A stretch of 64,000 nucleotides of DNA from an uncultured bacterium (GCA_963719425.1 OY970382.1:385246-449245); one strand, 5' to 3'; positions 8,809 through 18,350 are shown, counted from the stretch's first letter. A program made the numbers and translations. Notes: generated by a model from the sequence alone, not told the origin.

Positions 8809-11800
8809 TTACGGGCGTCTTATCACGACCAATCTGATGTCCTTATTTGCGCTTCCTTTCCTGTTTAATTCTCGTCCCATATCTTCCAATACGACGCTAC
8901 AATCTTTCAGCGAGGCAAGATCCTTAAGGATTAAATCCCCCAATGTAGACGCATAATGAAAATCTTTGCTTGGTCCTTCAATATTGACTATCGTACGCTC
9001 CCCGCGCGATAGGTTAGCTTCGTCGTTTATGCTATTAAAACTTTCTAGTATTTTTTCGGAACCTGTCTTGGGTCCCACCGTGCCGTAGCCGGTGCCTGAG
9101 CAGATGATGTTTTGGAAACACTGGAATGCTTCGACGGCGCGCTCAGTCGCAGCGTCAAAGGTACCATTGATGAAAACGCCTGTAGAGAGATAACCGTCCT
9201 CGACCAGTATGTTCTGGAGGGTCGTGACCTCGGAGCCAACGCTCCCGAGAGAAAGGGATGATGCGGACGGGGCAAGCTGGGGAGACGAAACGGCAGTTGT
9301 CGGCGATGAGGATGGAGAAGAAGTGGGTGCGGAGGATATCGTCCCTCCCTCAAGGTTCTTGAGATACGCCCGGGTTATGGGGCCGAGGAACCCGCTCGCG
9401 GGCGAGATACCTGCACTCGCCTGATACTCGGCGAGGGCATCCTTCGTGAGATTGCCGAAGTAGCCCGTGGGATTGGTGAGCTTGCTTCCGGCGGGGCCGG
9501 TGGGGGCAAGGATATTGTTCGTGACGAGGTAGACCTGGAGGGCCCAGACGTCATCACCTTGGGAACCCACCGTCAAATTCCGGCCGGCATTCGCTGTGAA
9601 GAACATCTGGAGGGAGAGGGAGCGAACTTCTTGTACGAGTTGTAGCAACTGGGTGAGAAGATTAGTGCTTGCAGTGGAAACTATGGAAGTTGAGCTGCTG
9701 CCAGTTGTGGGCGGAGAATAGCCTCCACCGCCTCCACCACCACCACCGCCGCCGCCACTGCCGCCACTGCCGCCACTGCCTCCCGATACGACGGCCGCCT
9801 GGGTCGTCGCGCTGGTGCTCGAAGATTCTTCGGAGACATTGCCGGCGGCGTCGTAGGCATCAATAGTGTAGGTGTACGAGGTACCTGCCGAGAGACTGGT
9901 GTCATTGTAGGTTACGACGCTCGTCGTAGCAATCTTCGCACCGTTGCGGTAAACATGATAGCCAGCGACACCAACATAGTCCGTCGATGCGGACCAGGAT
10001 AGGTTGATCTCGCTTTGGGATACTGCGGTTGCGGTGAGGTTCTGCGGAATAGAAGGAGGTGTGCCGTCCACGGTCACGGTCACCTGGGCCGTTGAACTGC
10101 CGTTCGCATTCGCCGCCGTGAGGATATAGACGGTGGTGGAGGACGGAGAGACGACGACGAAGCCCGTCGACGTGGCGGATTGGTTGCCGATCCCTTGACT
10201 GATGGCGACAGTCGTCGCGAGCGCCGTCGTCCAGGAAAGGGTGCTTGATGCGCCGGGCATGATGAAGGCCGGGGACACCGTGAAGGACGTGATGGTCGGG
10301 GCGAGATTGCTCGGGGTCACGCTGTTGGAGGCCGAGGAGGACGCTGATGTTCCCGCGGCGTTCGTCGCCGTGACCGTGAAGGTGTAGCTCGTGCCGTTCG
10401 TGAGGCCGGAGACGACAATAAGGCTCGCCGTGGAGGAAGCCTGGATATTGCCGGAATCGGAGGTGGCTGCGTAATAGAGAACGGACGATCCCCCGTTCGA
10501 GCCAGGGGTGAAGGAAACGGTCGCTTGGGCATTTCCGGCAACAGCGGAAACGGACATCGGCGGGCTAGGGACCGTGTACGGCGTGGAGGAGACGACGTTG
10601 GAAGGCGTGGACGTACCGATGCTGTTCTCTGCCAGAACCTCAAAATCATAGCTCTGCCCATTCGCGAGGGAGGTCACTGTTGAGGTGGTTTGGCTTGGGG
10701 TAGTCGTGGCGTACAAAGCAAAGGTGGACGAGCCCGTCGTACGGTCGTAGACGAGGTATTGGGTGAGGATCGATCCACCATTTGAGGCGGGCGCCGACCA
10801 CGAGAGGGATACCTGGGCGTTGCTGGGGATGGCAGACAGGGACTGGGGTGGGGTGGGAGTGGTCGAAGTGACATTCTCAACGTTCACCGTGGTCGAGGCC
10901 GTGGAGGTGTTGTTTGAGGTGTCAGTCGAGAGCGCCCAGAGGGTCGTTGAACCGTTTGCGGTGCTGGTCGTATTCCAGAAAATGGAATAAAGGGTGCCGC
11001 TTGCGACCGTGGAGGAACCGACGAGGGTGCTCGAGGCAAGTCCCGCGCCATAGCTCCCTTCATAGAAAGCGACGCTCCGGACGTCAATATTGTCCGTGGA
11101 GGAGGCCGTGAGCGTAATGGTCGAGGAGACGGTGGCATTTGCGGCGGGGGCGATCCAGGTGACAACAGGAGGAGTGGTGTCGTTTGCGGTTGTAAGCGAG
11201 AGAGTCGCCCTGTCAAAGAAAGGCCCCGTAGAAAATGTATCATCCGCCTCAACGGTGAACGTAGTCGTCGTCGCGACAGTCGGCGTTCCCGAAATGACCC
11301 CGGTCGAGGTAGCCAGAGAAAGGCCCAGCGGCAACGAACCGCTTATGAGCATAAAGCTTACCGTTCCCTGCGTAGAGGTGGTCGTGAGCGTTTGGAAATA
11401 TGCGCTGCCGACCGCGCCCGTAGGAAACGAGGCGGTCGTTATCTTAATAAAGGAGAAGGACATAACTCGGTTCGCTGAGTTGTCAACGGCAAAAAGCCGA
11501 TTATTCACTGGATCGTAGGCCAGACCATACGGCGCACTAAGCCCGGTCTGCGTAACGCTCCCTCCCGATGAGGAAAAATCCGGCTGCCCAATATCGTTTG
11601 AGGCGGCCTCACCCTTTTGGATAGTCGAGGTTGCGACATTGTTCCAAACCATAATGCGTTGGTTTCCCTCATCGGTTACAAAGAGCCGTCCATTCGTCGC
11701 ATCATATGCAACACCGAAAGGAGTGCTCAATCCATCCGGGGCAGTATTGGTGTCTGATTCACCGAAGTCGGCCTGGCCGAGCTCGCTCAATGCAGCCTCG

Positions 11801-13905
11801 TGATTCGGAAAAGTTGACGTGCCGACCGCGAAGACCATGATGCGGTTATTGGTCTGATCCACCACAAACAGATGATTCAACGTCGGATCGTAGGTCACAG
11901 CCGTCGGCCCAGCAAGCCCCTGCGATGAGGAGTCCGCGGCCACTGTGGAAAAATCATCCTGGCCAAGCTCATCCGTCGAGCTCTCGTTGGTCGTCGCGAT
12001 GGTTGAGGTGGCGACATTGAAGACCATGATGCGACTATTGCCGTGATCCGCGACAAAAAGGCGGTTATCCGCCGCATCGTAGGCAAGACCGTACGGCGCA
12101 TTAAGACCGGTCTGCGTCGTGACGGAAGAGGAACTTGAAAAGTCCGCCTGGCCGAGCACGTCCGTTGAGGTCTCATTGGTCGCTATGGCTCCCGGAGCCA
12201 TATTGAAGACAAGGACGCGATTATTCCCGCTGTCAGCGACAAAAAGACGATCGTCCGCCGGATCATAGGCGAGACCATAGGGAGCATTGAGACCGTTTTG
12301 CGTTGTAGCGGCGTCGTCGCTCGTGAAATTGCTTTGTCCGAGAACGAACGAGGCGGTGGTGCTCGAAAGCCTGTTGTTCGCGTCCAAATTGAAGACAAGC
12401 ACGCGATTGTTGAGCTGGTCCGAAACAAAGAGCCGATGGTGCGCGACATCGAGTGCGGCATCAACCGGCGCATTGAAACCCTGGCCGTTCGGACCGCCGT
12501 TCGGCTCACCGGCGGTATATGTCGTCTGCCCGAGAAGACCGGAAGCGCTTTCGTTAGTGGAAATAGGGGCAATGACAGGGAAAACAATGACGCGGTTGTT
12601 ATTCTGATCGGAAACGAAAATCTGATCGCTCACCCCGTCAAACGCAACGCCAAAGGGGCCGTTCAGCCCATTTTGCGTCGTATTCGGGCCCTCACCCGAA
12701 AAATCAGCTTGGCCGATGACGCTCGTAGCGTCCTCGTCAGTCGGGAACGTCGAGGTGCCGACCGCGAAGACCATGACGCGGTTGTTGGCATTGTCGGTCA
12801 CAAAAAGACGATTATTGATTCCGTCGTAGGCCAGTCCTTCCGGACCGGAAAGGCCGTTTGATGAGGTATTCGGGTCCGCCGTTGAGAAATCCGCCTGGCC
12901 AAGCTCATCCGTCGAGCTCTCGTTAGTCGTCGTGATGGTTGAAGTGGCGACGTTAAAAACAAGGATACGATTGTTGCCCTGGTCCGCCACGAAGAGCCGG
13001 CTGTCACCGTCAAAGGCCAAACCACAGGGAGTCGTAAGCCCTTGTTGCGTCGTGGTGGCGACGGAACTTGAGAAATCCGCCTGGCCGAGCTCATCCGTCG
13101 AGCTCTCGTTGGGCGTCGCGATGGCTCCCGGAGCTGCATCAAAAACAAGGACACGATTGTTGCCTTGGTCCGCCACGAAGAGCCGGCTGCTCGTTGTGTC
13201 GTAGGCAAGGCCGTACGGGTCATTGAGGCCAGCCTGCGTCGTGGTGGCAACGGAACTTGAGAAATCCGCCTGGCCGAGCACCGCAGACGCAGCCTCGCCG
13301 TCCGCGAATCCCGGAGTCACATCGAACACCATCACGCGGTTGTTTACCCCGTCAGATACGAAGAGCCGCTCATTGACCGGATCGTACGCGAGGCCGTCGG
13401 GATACGCAAGGTTGGTTTGCGTCGTTATGGCGTTCACCGATATAAAATCGCTTTGTCCGAGAACGGAAGTCGGCGTCGTGCCCGAAATGGTGTTGTCCGC
13501 GTTAAGCGCGAACACGAGTACGCGGGCGTTGTTCTGGTCCGTCACAAAAAGACGGTGATGGAACGCATCCAGCGCGACGTCGCCCGGGTAATAGAATCCC
13601 TGGTTATTCGGACTATTGTTCGTCCCCCCTGCGGTATAAATAGGATTACCAATTTGGTCGACGTGCCCTAAAATACCGTCCGCATTATATAACGCGGCAC
13701 GCGCGGCAAGAGGAACCGTACAGACAATAAATCCAGCAATGGCGAAAAGGAAAACCCACCGAGAATCTTTGAGAAACGATCGACACATCATAGCTAGGAA
13801 GTCTACGCCAATCGGGTCGAAAAAAATAGGAAAAATTGTGGACAGCCTGTGAAATAATGCGCATACCGGCTCTCCAAGATCAGATCCGACAAAGAATGAT
13901 ACCAT
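8809..13905 (-). CDS. Giant secreted cell-surface protein (1698 aa). Signal peptide, ~16 or more NHL-type beta-propeller repeats (YDxxxxRLFVxDxxNNRVxVF), a putative Ig-like domain, 3 fibronectin-III-like domains, a GGSGG/poly-Gly linker, two PG_binding_1-like peptidoglycan-binding domains, and a short low-GC C-terminal tail.
   Basis: Single long ORF. The likely true start is the internal MMCRSFLKDSRWVFLFAIAGFIVCTVPLAARA signal peptide near 13791. Repeat motifs are readable in the translation. GC of the last ~250 nt (8809..9060) drops to ~40%. Confidence 0.85.
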   Translation of the reverse strand: MVSFFVGSDLGEPVCALFHRLSTIFPIFFDPIGVDFLAMMCRSFLKDSRWVFLFAIAGFIVCTVPLAARAALYNADGILGHVDQIGNPIYTAGGTNNSPNNQGFYYPGDVALDAFHHRLFVTDQNNARVLVFALNADNTISGTTPTSVLGQSDFISVNAITTQTNLAYPDGLAYDPVNERLFVSDGVNNRVMVFDVTPGFADGEAASAVLGQADFSSSVATTTQAGLNDPYGLAYDTTSSRLFVADQGNNRVLVFDAAPGAIATPNESSTDELGQADFSSSVATTTQQGLTTPCGLAFDGDSRLFVADQGNNRILVFNVATSTITTTNESSTDELGQADFSTADPNTSSNGLSGPEGLAYDGINNRLFVTDNANNRVMVFAVGTSTFPTDEDATSVIGQADFSGEGPNTTQNGLNGPFGVAFDGVSDQIFVSDQNNNRVIVFPVIAPISTNESASGLLGQTTYTAGEPNGGPNGQGFNAPVDAALDVAHHRLFVSDQLNNRVLVFNLDANNRLSSTTASFVLGQSNFTSDDAATTQNGLNAPYGLAYDPADDRLFVADSGNNRVLVFNMAPGAIATNETSTDVLGQADFSSSSSVTTQTGLNAPYGLAYDAADNRLFVADHGNSRIMVFNVATSTIATTNESSTDELGQDDFSTVAADSSSQGLAGPTAVTYDPTLNHLFVVDQTNNRIMVFAVGTSTFPNHEAALSELGQADFGESDTNTAPDGLSTPFGVAYDATNGRLFVTDEGNQRIMVWNNVATSTIQKGEAASNDIGQPDFSSSGGSVTQTGLSAPYGLAYDPVNNRLFAVDNSANRVMSFSFIKITTASFPTGAVGSAYFQTLTTTSTQGTVSFMLISGSLPLGLSLATSTGVISGTPTVATTTTFTVEADDTFSTGPFFDRATLSLTTANDTTPPVVTWIAPAANATVSSTITLTASSTDNIDVRSVAFYEGSYGAGLASSTLVGSSTVASGTLYSIFWNTTSTANGSTTLWALSTDTSNNTSTASTTVNVENVTSTTPTPPQSLSAIPSNAQVSLSWSAPASNGGSILTQYLVYDRTTGSSTFALYATTTPSQTTSTVTSLANGQSYDFEVLAENSIGTSTPSNVVSSTPYTVPSPPMSVSAVAGNAQATVSFTPGSNGGSSVLYYAATSDSGNIQASSTASLIVVSGLTNGTSYTFTVTATNAAGTSASSSASNSVTPSNLAPTITSFTVSPAFIMPGASSTLSWTTALATTVAISQGIGNQSATSTGFVVVSPSSTTVYILTAANANGSSTAQVTVTVDGTPPSIPQNLTATAVSQSEINLSWSASTDYVGVAGYHVYRNGAKIATTSVVTYNDTSLSAGTSYTYTIDAYDAAGNVSEESSSTSATTQAAVVSGGSGGSGGSGGGGGGGGGGGGYSPPTTGSSSTSIVSTASTNLLTQLLQLVQEVRSLSLQMFFTANAGRNLTVGSQGDDVWALQVYLVTNNILAPTGPAGSKLTNPTGYFGNLTKDALAEYQASAGISPASGFLGPITRAYLKNLEGGTISSAPTSSPSSSPTTAVSSPQLAPSASSLSLGSVGSEVTTLQNILVEDGYLSTGVFINGTFDAATERAVEAFQCFQNIICSGTGYGTVGPKTGSEKILESFNSINDEANLSRGERTIVNIEGPSKDFHYASTLGDLILKDLASLKDCSVVLEDMGRELNRKGSANKDIRLVVIRRP

Positions 13906-14046
13906 CCGAGCTTCAAATCTGGCTTCCCGAAAGGACGAGGCATACCCAATAAGTTTCCTAAATAATTCCCTAAAAGAATCCCTCCATTCATTGCATTGAT
14001 TGCGGGATTGATTGCAAGAATGGAGGGATGCAAGTTGAAAGTTTCG

Positions 14047-14730
14047 TCACGGCCTCGGGATTGTCGCAGAAACTTCGTTTGACGGGACGCTTTCCAGTTC
14101 CGTCTCAGATGGATAGGAGCACGAACTGCCATGGACGTAATCCGCTACAGTGGTCACCACGTGGTAATACGTGTTGCCTGCCTGGACGTTATAGTCCGGG
14201 TAAAATGTCCCGGGAACATTCCCAATCGTCGCATAGGGTCCCCCCGATACGGACGAGACCTTTATACGATAGCCCAGGTTCGCGTAACAGGGGTTCGTTG
14301 CCGAGGTGCTTGCGGTCCAGTATAAGTCAACGTCGTGCACACCCGTTCCGCTGAGCGAAACGGTCGGAACGTTCGTCGCGGTACTTTGGACCGAAAGCGT
14401 CCCGCTCGCGCCGCCCCCTATGGTCGGGCTGAACATCACTTTGAAACTCGCGGTCCCTTTCGCGGGAACCGCTACCGGCAGTGAAATGCAACAAATTGCG
14501 AACTCGCTACTGTTGCTTCCGCTGCCACCGCTCACAGTGATGGTATTAAGGGTCACCGCCACGCTGCCAGTGTTCGTGACGATGATCGTTCCTGAGTTCA
14601 TGCTGTTCACTACGACCGCCCCAGCGTTCCAGATAGTCGGACTCACCGATATCGTCCCGGCCTTACCGAATGCACTCCTGGCACACAACAAGACAATTAG
14701 AGCAACTAGCGCAAGTCGGACGCTTCTCAT
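14047..14730 (-). CDS. Secreted hypothetical protein (227 aa) with a signal peptide and beta-sandwich-like Ser/Thr/Gly-rich sequence. Probably co-transcribed with the giant gene.
   Basis: Signal peptide MRSVRLALVALIVLLCARSAFG. Sits directly upstream of and co-oriented with 8809..13905. Confidence 0.6.
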   Translation of the reverse strand: MRSVRLALVALIVLLCARSAFGKAGTISVSPTIWNAGAVVVNSMNSGTIIVTNTGSVAVTLNTITVSGGSGSNSSEFAICCISLPVAVPAKGTASFKVMFSPTIGGGASGTLSVQSTATNVPTVSLSGTGVHDVDLYWTASTSATNPCYANLGYRIKVSSVSGGPYATIGNVPGTFYPDYNVQAGNTYYHVVTTVADYVHGSSCSYPSETELESVPSNEVSATIPRP

Positions 14731-15116
14731 CTCGTGATCCTCCTTGTTGTTTCCAACCTTGTTATTTACAATGCAAACTCCGTCATCATCATATCGCAGA
14801 AGGGGCTTTACATCAACATTATGTGAGGCCGTTCGAAAACCAAAGCCATAGTAATCCCTGAGCGCTGCGGGTTAGCAAAAAACATTCCTAAAAATAACAC
14901 ATTCCACCGTCACACGCCGACCTCCAGTGGTACAGTAAGGAGATGCCGGGCGACCGGGTTCAAAACGGCGTGAAATTACTCAGTCGTTTGGAGGGAGAAC
15001 CCCGATTATCAAGAATCTTGCCATCATTGCGCTCGCCATTGGGATCGCCGCGGACGTCGCTCCACTTGAGGAGAAAAAACAAGAAAGGTAGCGGGACCAC
15101 AGCACCGCCACATCCA

Positions 15117-15662
15117 TCACCGATTCGCAGAGGCAAAAGTAACGAGCCGATGTTGCAGTCCCGCGCGAACATTGAATTCCTTTTTGGCCGCCCACGCATA
15201 GACGCCAAAGAGTGCCGCGCCAAACCCAAAGTCCCCGAGAAGCGTGTTGCGGAAGAAAGGAATCGCCGTCACGTAGCACGCGAGAAGACCCGCGAGCGTG
15301 TGCGGATACCACGGCGAGAGCGCCCACACGGCGAAATTCGTTGAGAGATAAAAGAGAATGGAACCGGTCGCAGTGCCGAGCGCAAATTTCCGCCACGTAA
15401 AATTCATACCAATCCAGTTACCGAGGAATGTTGCGAGGGCGAACGACCCGTAGACCGCGACCATGAGCCGCCAGTCGTAAAATCCGATCACGGCGTCCGA
15501 AACGAACATCGCGCCGAGGACGATGCCGATGCTCTGCCTTCGCGGCAAACGCGCGCCGAGAAACAGCGCGAGTGCGCCGATCGGCGCAAAATTCGCCGGA
15601 TGCGGCAGGAGCCGAAACGACGCGGCGGCGAGCGCAAGAAGAATTGCGAGAAAATATTTCAT
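15117..15662 (-). CDS. Small polytopic membrane protein (181 aa), possibly an ECF-type S-component-like transporter subunit.
   Basis: Five to six predicted TM helices. Immediately downstream of the DUF4430 genes. Confidence 0.5.
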   Translation of the reverse strand: MKYFLAILLALAAASFRLLPHPANFAPIGALALFLGARLPRRQSIGIVLGAMFVSDAVIGFYDWRLMVAVYGSFALATFLGNWIGMNFTWRKFALGTATGSILFYLSTNFAVWALSPWYPHTLAGLLACYVTAIPFFRNTLLGDFGFGAALFGVYAWAAKKEFNVRAGLQHRLVTFASANR

Positions 15663-15675
15663 GATGGTCTCGTTA

Positions 15676-16167
15676 TTATTGCTGCGATGCGGTAAATTTC
15701 CATTCTATGCGGTCGCCCGCATGCACTGTGGCGTGATCGGCGCCCTCCGTGGCATACGCACCATTCACCCAGTACTGCCAGTACGCGCCGCCTGCACCAT
15801 TTATCTTATCACCGATCTCCGTGATGAGAATCCCCGTGCCCGGATAGACCTTGTAATCAAAGGCAAGTCCAGTATTCGCGGCAGCAGCCTTGACCACCGA
15901 AAAAACGGTGGAGGTGGCGGCCACGGGAACGGCGCTGTTCACGATATTTTTCGTACCATCAAAGACAACGAGCGTCGTGGAGGCGACTGGCAGCAAAGCG
16001 GGCATGGACGCGGATGATGACAGGACTTTGGCGGGGACCGCCATGGGTGCGGCCCCCGGCGCCGGGAGCGGTGCCGATGAAAAGGAATGCCATCCTGCCC
16101 AACCGGCGAGTGCCGCCGCAACCACAACGCACGCAATGATAAAAAATCTTTTCATTGGCTCGTACAA
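15676..16167 (-). CDS. Secreted DUF4430-family protein (163 aa).
   Basis: Signal peptide, then a DUF4430-like core ...FDGTKNIV...GTGILITEIGDKINGAGGAYWQYWVNGAY...GDRIEWKF. Confidence 0.7.
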   Translation of the reverse strand: MYEPMKRFFIIACVVVAAALAGWAGWHSFSSAPLPAPGAAPMAVPAKVLSSSASMPALLPVASTTLVVFDGTKNIVNSAVPVAATSTVFSVVKAAAANTGLAFDYKVYPGTGILITEIGDKINGAGGAYWQYWVNGAYATEGADHATVHAGDRIEWKFTASQQ

Positions 16168-18053
16168 AGATTATTCAGAACTGCGCGGGTTGCGGAACCG
16201 ACAAAGCCGTTGCCGGACGAAAGCCCTTTCGGCGCAAGGATCTGATCGGCAAAAATATTTTGGAAGGCGGCAATCGCATTTTTGGTCCCATCGCCAAAGT
16301 AGGCGGTCTCGTTGCCCGGCGAGCCTGGGCCGTCCTTCGCCACCTCCGTAAGTGAGGTGTAGTTGAGGACCCTTTGGAGATTCTCTACGTCGGGGTCATG
16401 CATTCCCTGATACAAGTTCTTATTGAACGCGACCGCGCAATCGTTCGCCTTGAACTCCAGTGTGACCAATTCCTTTTCTAAATCAATGAGCTCGCCGATC
16501 ACACTTGTCGTTGACGCGCCGAGAATCTCCCCCGCCGTTGAGGTCGGGGTAGTCGTGGCCATGCTCTGTAGAGAAGGCGACGATGAGGATGCCGCGAGCG
16601 AAGATGATGCCGACACGCCGCTTCCTCCACCGCCGGAGCTCGCGGATACAGCCGGCGCCGTGACCGTGAGCGGCAATTCGGAACCGTCACCATAATACCA
16701 GACCACGTTGTCACCTTGCTTCACATTATAATCCGCCGCACTGACTGAAGGAGAAACAAAATTCACGAGATACAGCCACCCGTCCGCGCCGGCTGCCGCA
16801 ACGGATCCGATTTGATCCACGTATGATCCGAAGCTGTACTCGTGAACGTGATAGCTCGCGCCGCAGGATGACGACGCGTCCGCAAGAACATCCATCGCCG
16901 TGAGTGCCTGCCCCGTGCCCGCGCAGAGTTCCGCGGACGGTCCTTCAATGCGGTAAGAAACCTGCACGGGCGCCGGTCCACCGCTGCCTCCCCCTCCCCC
17001 ACCGCCTCCGCCGCTCCCTCCTCCCACTAGCACGACGATCCCCGTTGAGGTCGCCGTGGACGTCGTGCTTGTAGCCGTCGTTTTGGAAACTGTGGAAACT
17101 GGCGTAATCACGGCGGTCGGCAAAAACTTTCCAAGGAGAGCGATCACGGCATATGAGGTTGTCACCGGACTGAACGAGTCCTCACCGCTCCCCGACTGGT
17201 ATTCAAAAAATCCGGAAGACGCGTTCTGAAACGAAAGCAAACTCGCCACGGGATCGGTGCCGCTCGCCGCGGTCCAGGCGGACGACGTCGGACTTTGCCC
17301 GAGTGCATTGATCGCGGAAATAATCCACGAATCGGATGAGGCATCCGTAGACGTCCCGTAAGGGCTTGTGGGATCATACGAAAACCCGCCATCGGGGTTT
17401 TGCGCGCTCTTCAAATATTTGACGGCATTCTGAATGGCAGAGTCGGAAACATTTGACCCGGTCGCAAGGAGCGCCATGACGGCGGCTGCGGTCGTATTCG
17501 TATCGCTCGTTCCGCCGATGACATATGTGAAGCCGCCATTGGTGACGTTCTGGTTATTCAACAAAAAATTACGTGCGCCCAAGACCGTCGGATCGCTTGA
17601 CGACACTCCTGCCGCACTCAACGCGAGCAATCCGAAGATGTCGTCGTTAAGCGTAGAGGTGCCGCCGATCTCACCCGTCGTCGTGCTCACGAAGCCTTCA
17701 AGGTCCGCAACGAGGTCTTCACCGCCAATGATTGTGCGCGGATCGCTGCCGATCGCCGCGATCGCCATGATCGGCGCCTCAAGACCAATTGCCGTAGAGG
17801 TACTCGTGCTCGCGAGCGCAAGCGACACAGAAGAAGTGCTCGGTGCATTGCCCGCCGCAGAAAGTGCCATGATGCTCCACGGATTAAACGACTTGGATTG
17901 CAAATAAGAAACAGCAGCGGCAATTGCCGAGGAAATGTCCGGCGTCGTGGAAGTGGTGGAACTCGCGTCCACAAATGAATGCGTGGGCGACATCGACACA
18001 AAGAACAACGCAGCTGCGGCCAAGAGCACAACGAACAAAAAAGTTTTTTTCAT
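16152..18053 (-). CDS. Surface protein (633 aa): signal peptide, prenyltransferase/terpene-cyclase-like alpha-alpha toroid repeats, a poly-Gly linker, an internal DUF4430 domain, and a C-terminal peptidoglycan-binding domain.
   Basis: Repeated ...GGF.Y... toroid-like units. DUF4430-like segment VQVSYRIEGP...GWLYLVNFV...GDNVVWYYG. C-terminal PG_binding_1-like ...LQRVLN...FGDGTKNAIAAFQ.... Confidence 0.75.
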   Translation of the reverse strand: MKKTFLFVVLLAAAALFFVSMSPTHSFVDASSTTSTTPDISSAIAAAVSYLQSKSFNPWSIMALSAAGNAPSTSSVSLALASTSTSTAIGLEAPIMAIAAIGSDPRTIIGGEDLVADLEGFVSTTTGEIGGTSTLNDDIFGLLALSAAGVSSSDPTVLGARNFLLNNQNVTNGGFTYVIGGTSDTNTTAAAVMALLATGSNVSDSAIQNAVKYLKSAQNPDGGFSYDPTSPYGTSTDASSDSWIISAINALGQSPTSSAWTAASGTDPVASLLSFQNASSGFFEYQSGSGEDSFSPVTTSYAVIALLGKFLPTAVITPVSTVSKTTATSTTSTATSTGIVVLVGGGSGGGGGGGGGSGGPAPVQVSYRIEGPSAELCAGTGQALTAMDVLADASSSCGASYHVHEYSFGSYVDQIGSVAAAGADGWLYLVNFVSPSVSAADYNVKQGDNVVWYYGDGSELPLTVTAPAVSASSGGGGSGVSASSSLAASSSSPSLQSMATTTPTSTAGEILGASTTSVIGELIDLEKELVTLEFKANDCAVAFNKNLYQGMHDPDVENLQRVLNYTSLTEVAKDGPGSPGNETAYFGDGTKNAIAAFQNIFADQILAPKGLSSGNGFVGSATRAVLNNLCTSQ

Positions 18054-18119
18054 GAAACGAAAAATCCCGCAACGGGCGGGACGACGGGTGACAACACAAC
18101 ACCTCCACCGTCCCTTAGC

Positions 18120-18260
18120 TCGAGGAACCTGGTTTATTTTTATGTATCAGGAACGGTAATCGGACTTTCCGCGGCTCCGCGGATCACCGTAGCGGCACTG
18201 TGCGGGATTCCCACCCGCTTCCCCATTCCTGATACTGACCTTTCAAATTGTGAACGGTGC
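18120..18260 (-). promoter_or_regulatory. Candidate cobalamin (B12) riboswitch in the 5' leader of 16152..18053.
   Basis: On the minus strand, a 10-bp P1 helix GUAUCAGGAA...UUCCUGAUAC encloses UGGGGAAGCGGGUGGGAAUCCCGCACAGUGCC..., matching the GGGAA / GGUG / AAUCC / CCCGC-ACUGU-like core as recalled from memory. A downstream stem-loop UCCCGC-ccguu-GCGGGA plus UUUUUCGUUU precedes the start codon. The B12-box match is imperfect. Confidence 0.4.
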
Positions 18261-18350
18261 CTTTCCAGTGTAAGAACCCGTCCCACCGCGCGTCAATGGC
18301 CTTTCTGTGGATAACTCCCACCCGCCGCGCCCACGGTATAATCATGCATA

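Noticed and set aside
9700-9800. Tandem GCC/GCCACC trinucleotide-like repeats (and similar at ~16980-17030) that might look like a short tandem array.
   Set aside because: They encode poly-Gly linkers (GGSGGSGGS...) in frame within surface-protein genes. They are not CRISPR: no spacer-repeat periodicity and no cas genes.
9045-13671. Many short or medium ORFs inside 8809..13905 on both strands (e.g. 12298..12861, 12798..13250, 10884..11252).
   Set aside because: Alternate-frame artefacts of a GC-rich repeat gene. They are Arg/Pro-rich and overlap a single coherent 1698-aa ORF.
14731-15116. A possible B12 riboswitch upstream of 14047..14730 (contains a CCACUGG-like B12-box fragment).
   Set aside because: The GGGAA / GGUG / AAUCC core could not be found in either orientation. 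It is a single partial motif only.
14943-15344. ORF 14943..15344(+) preceded by AAGGAG.
   Set aside because: The AGGAG abuts the ATG with zero spacing. The product is Arg/Pro/Lys-rich, and its 3' half is antisense to the membrane-protein gene 15117..15662.
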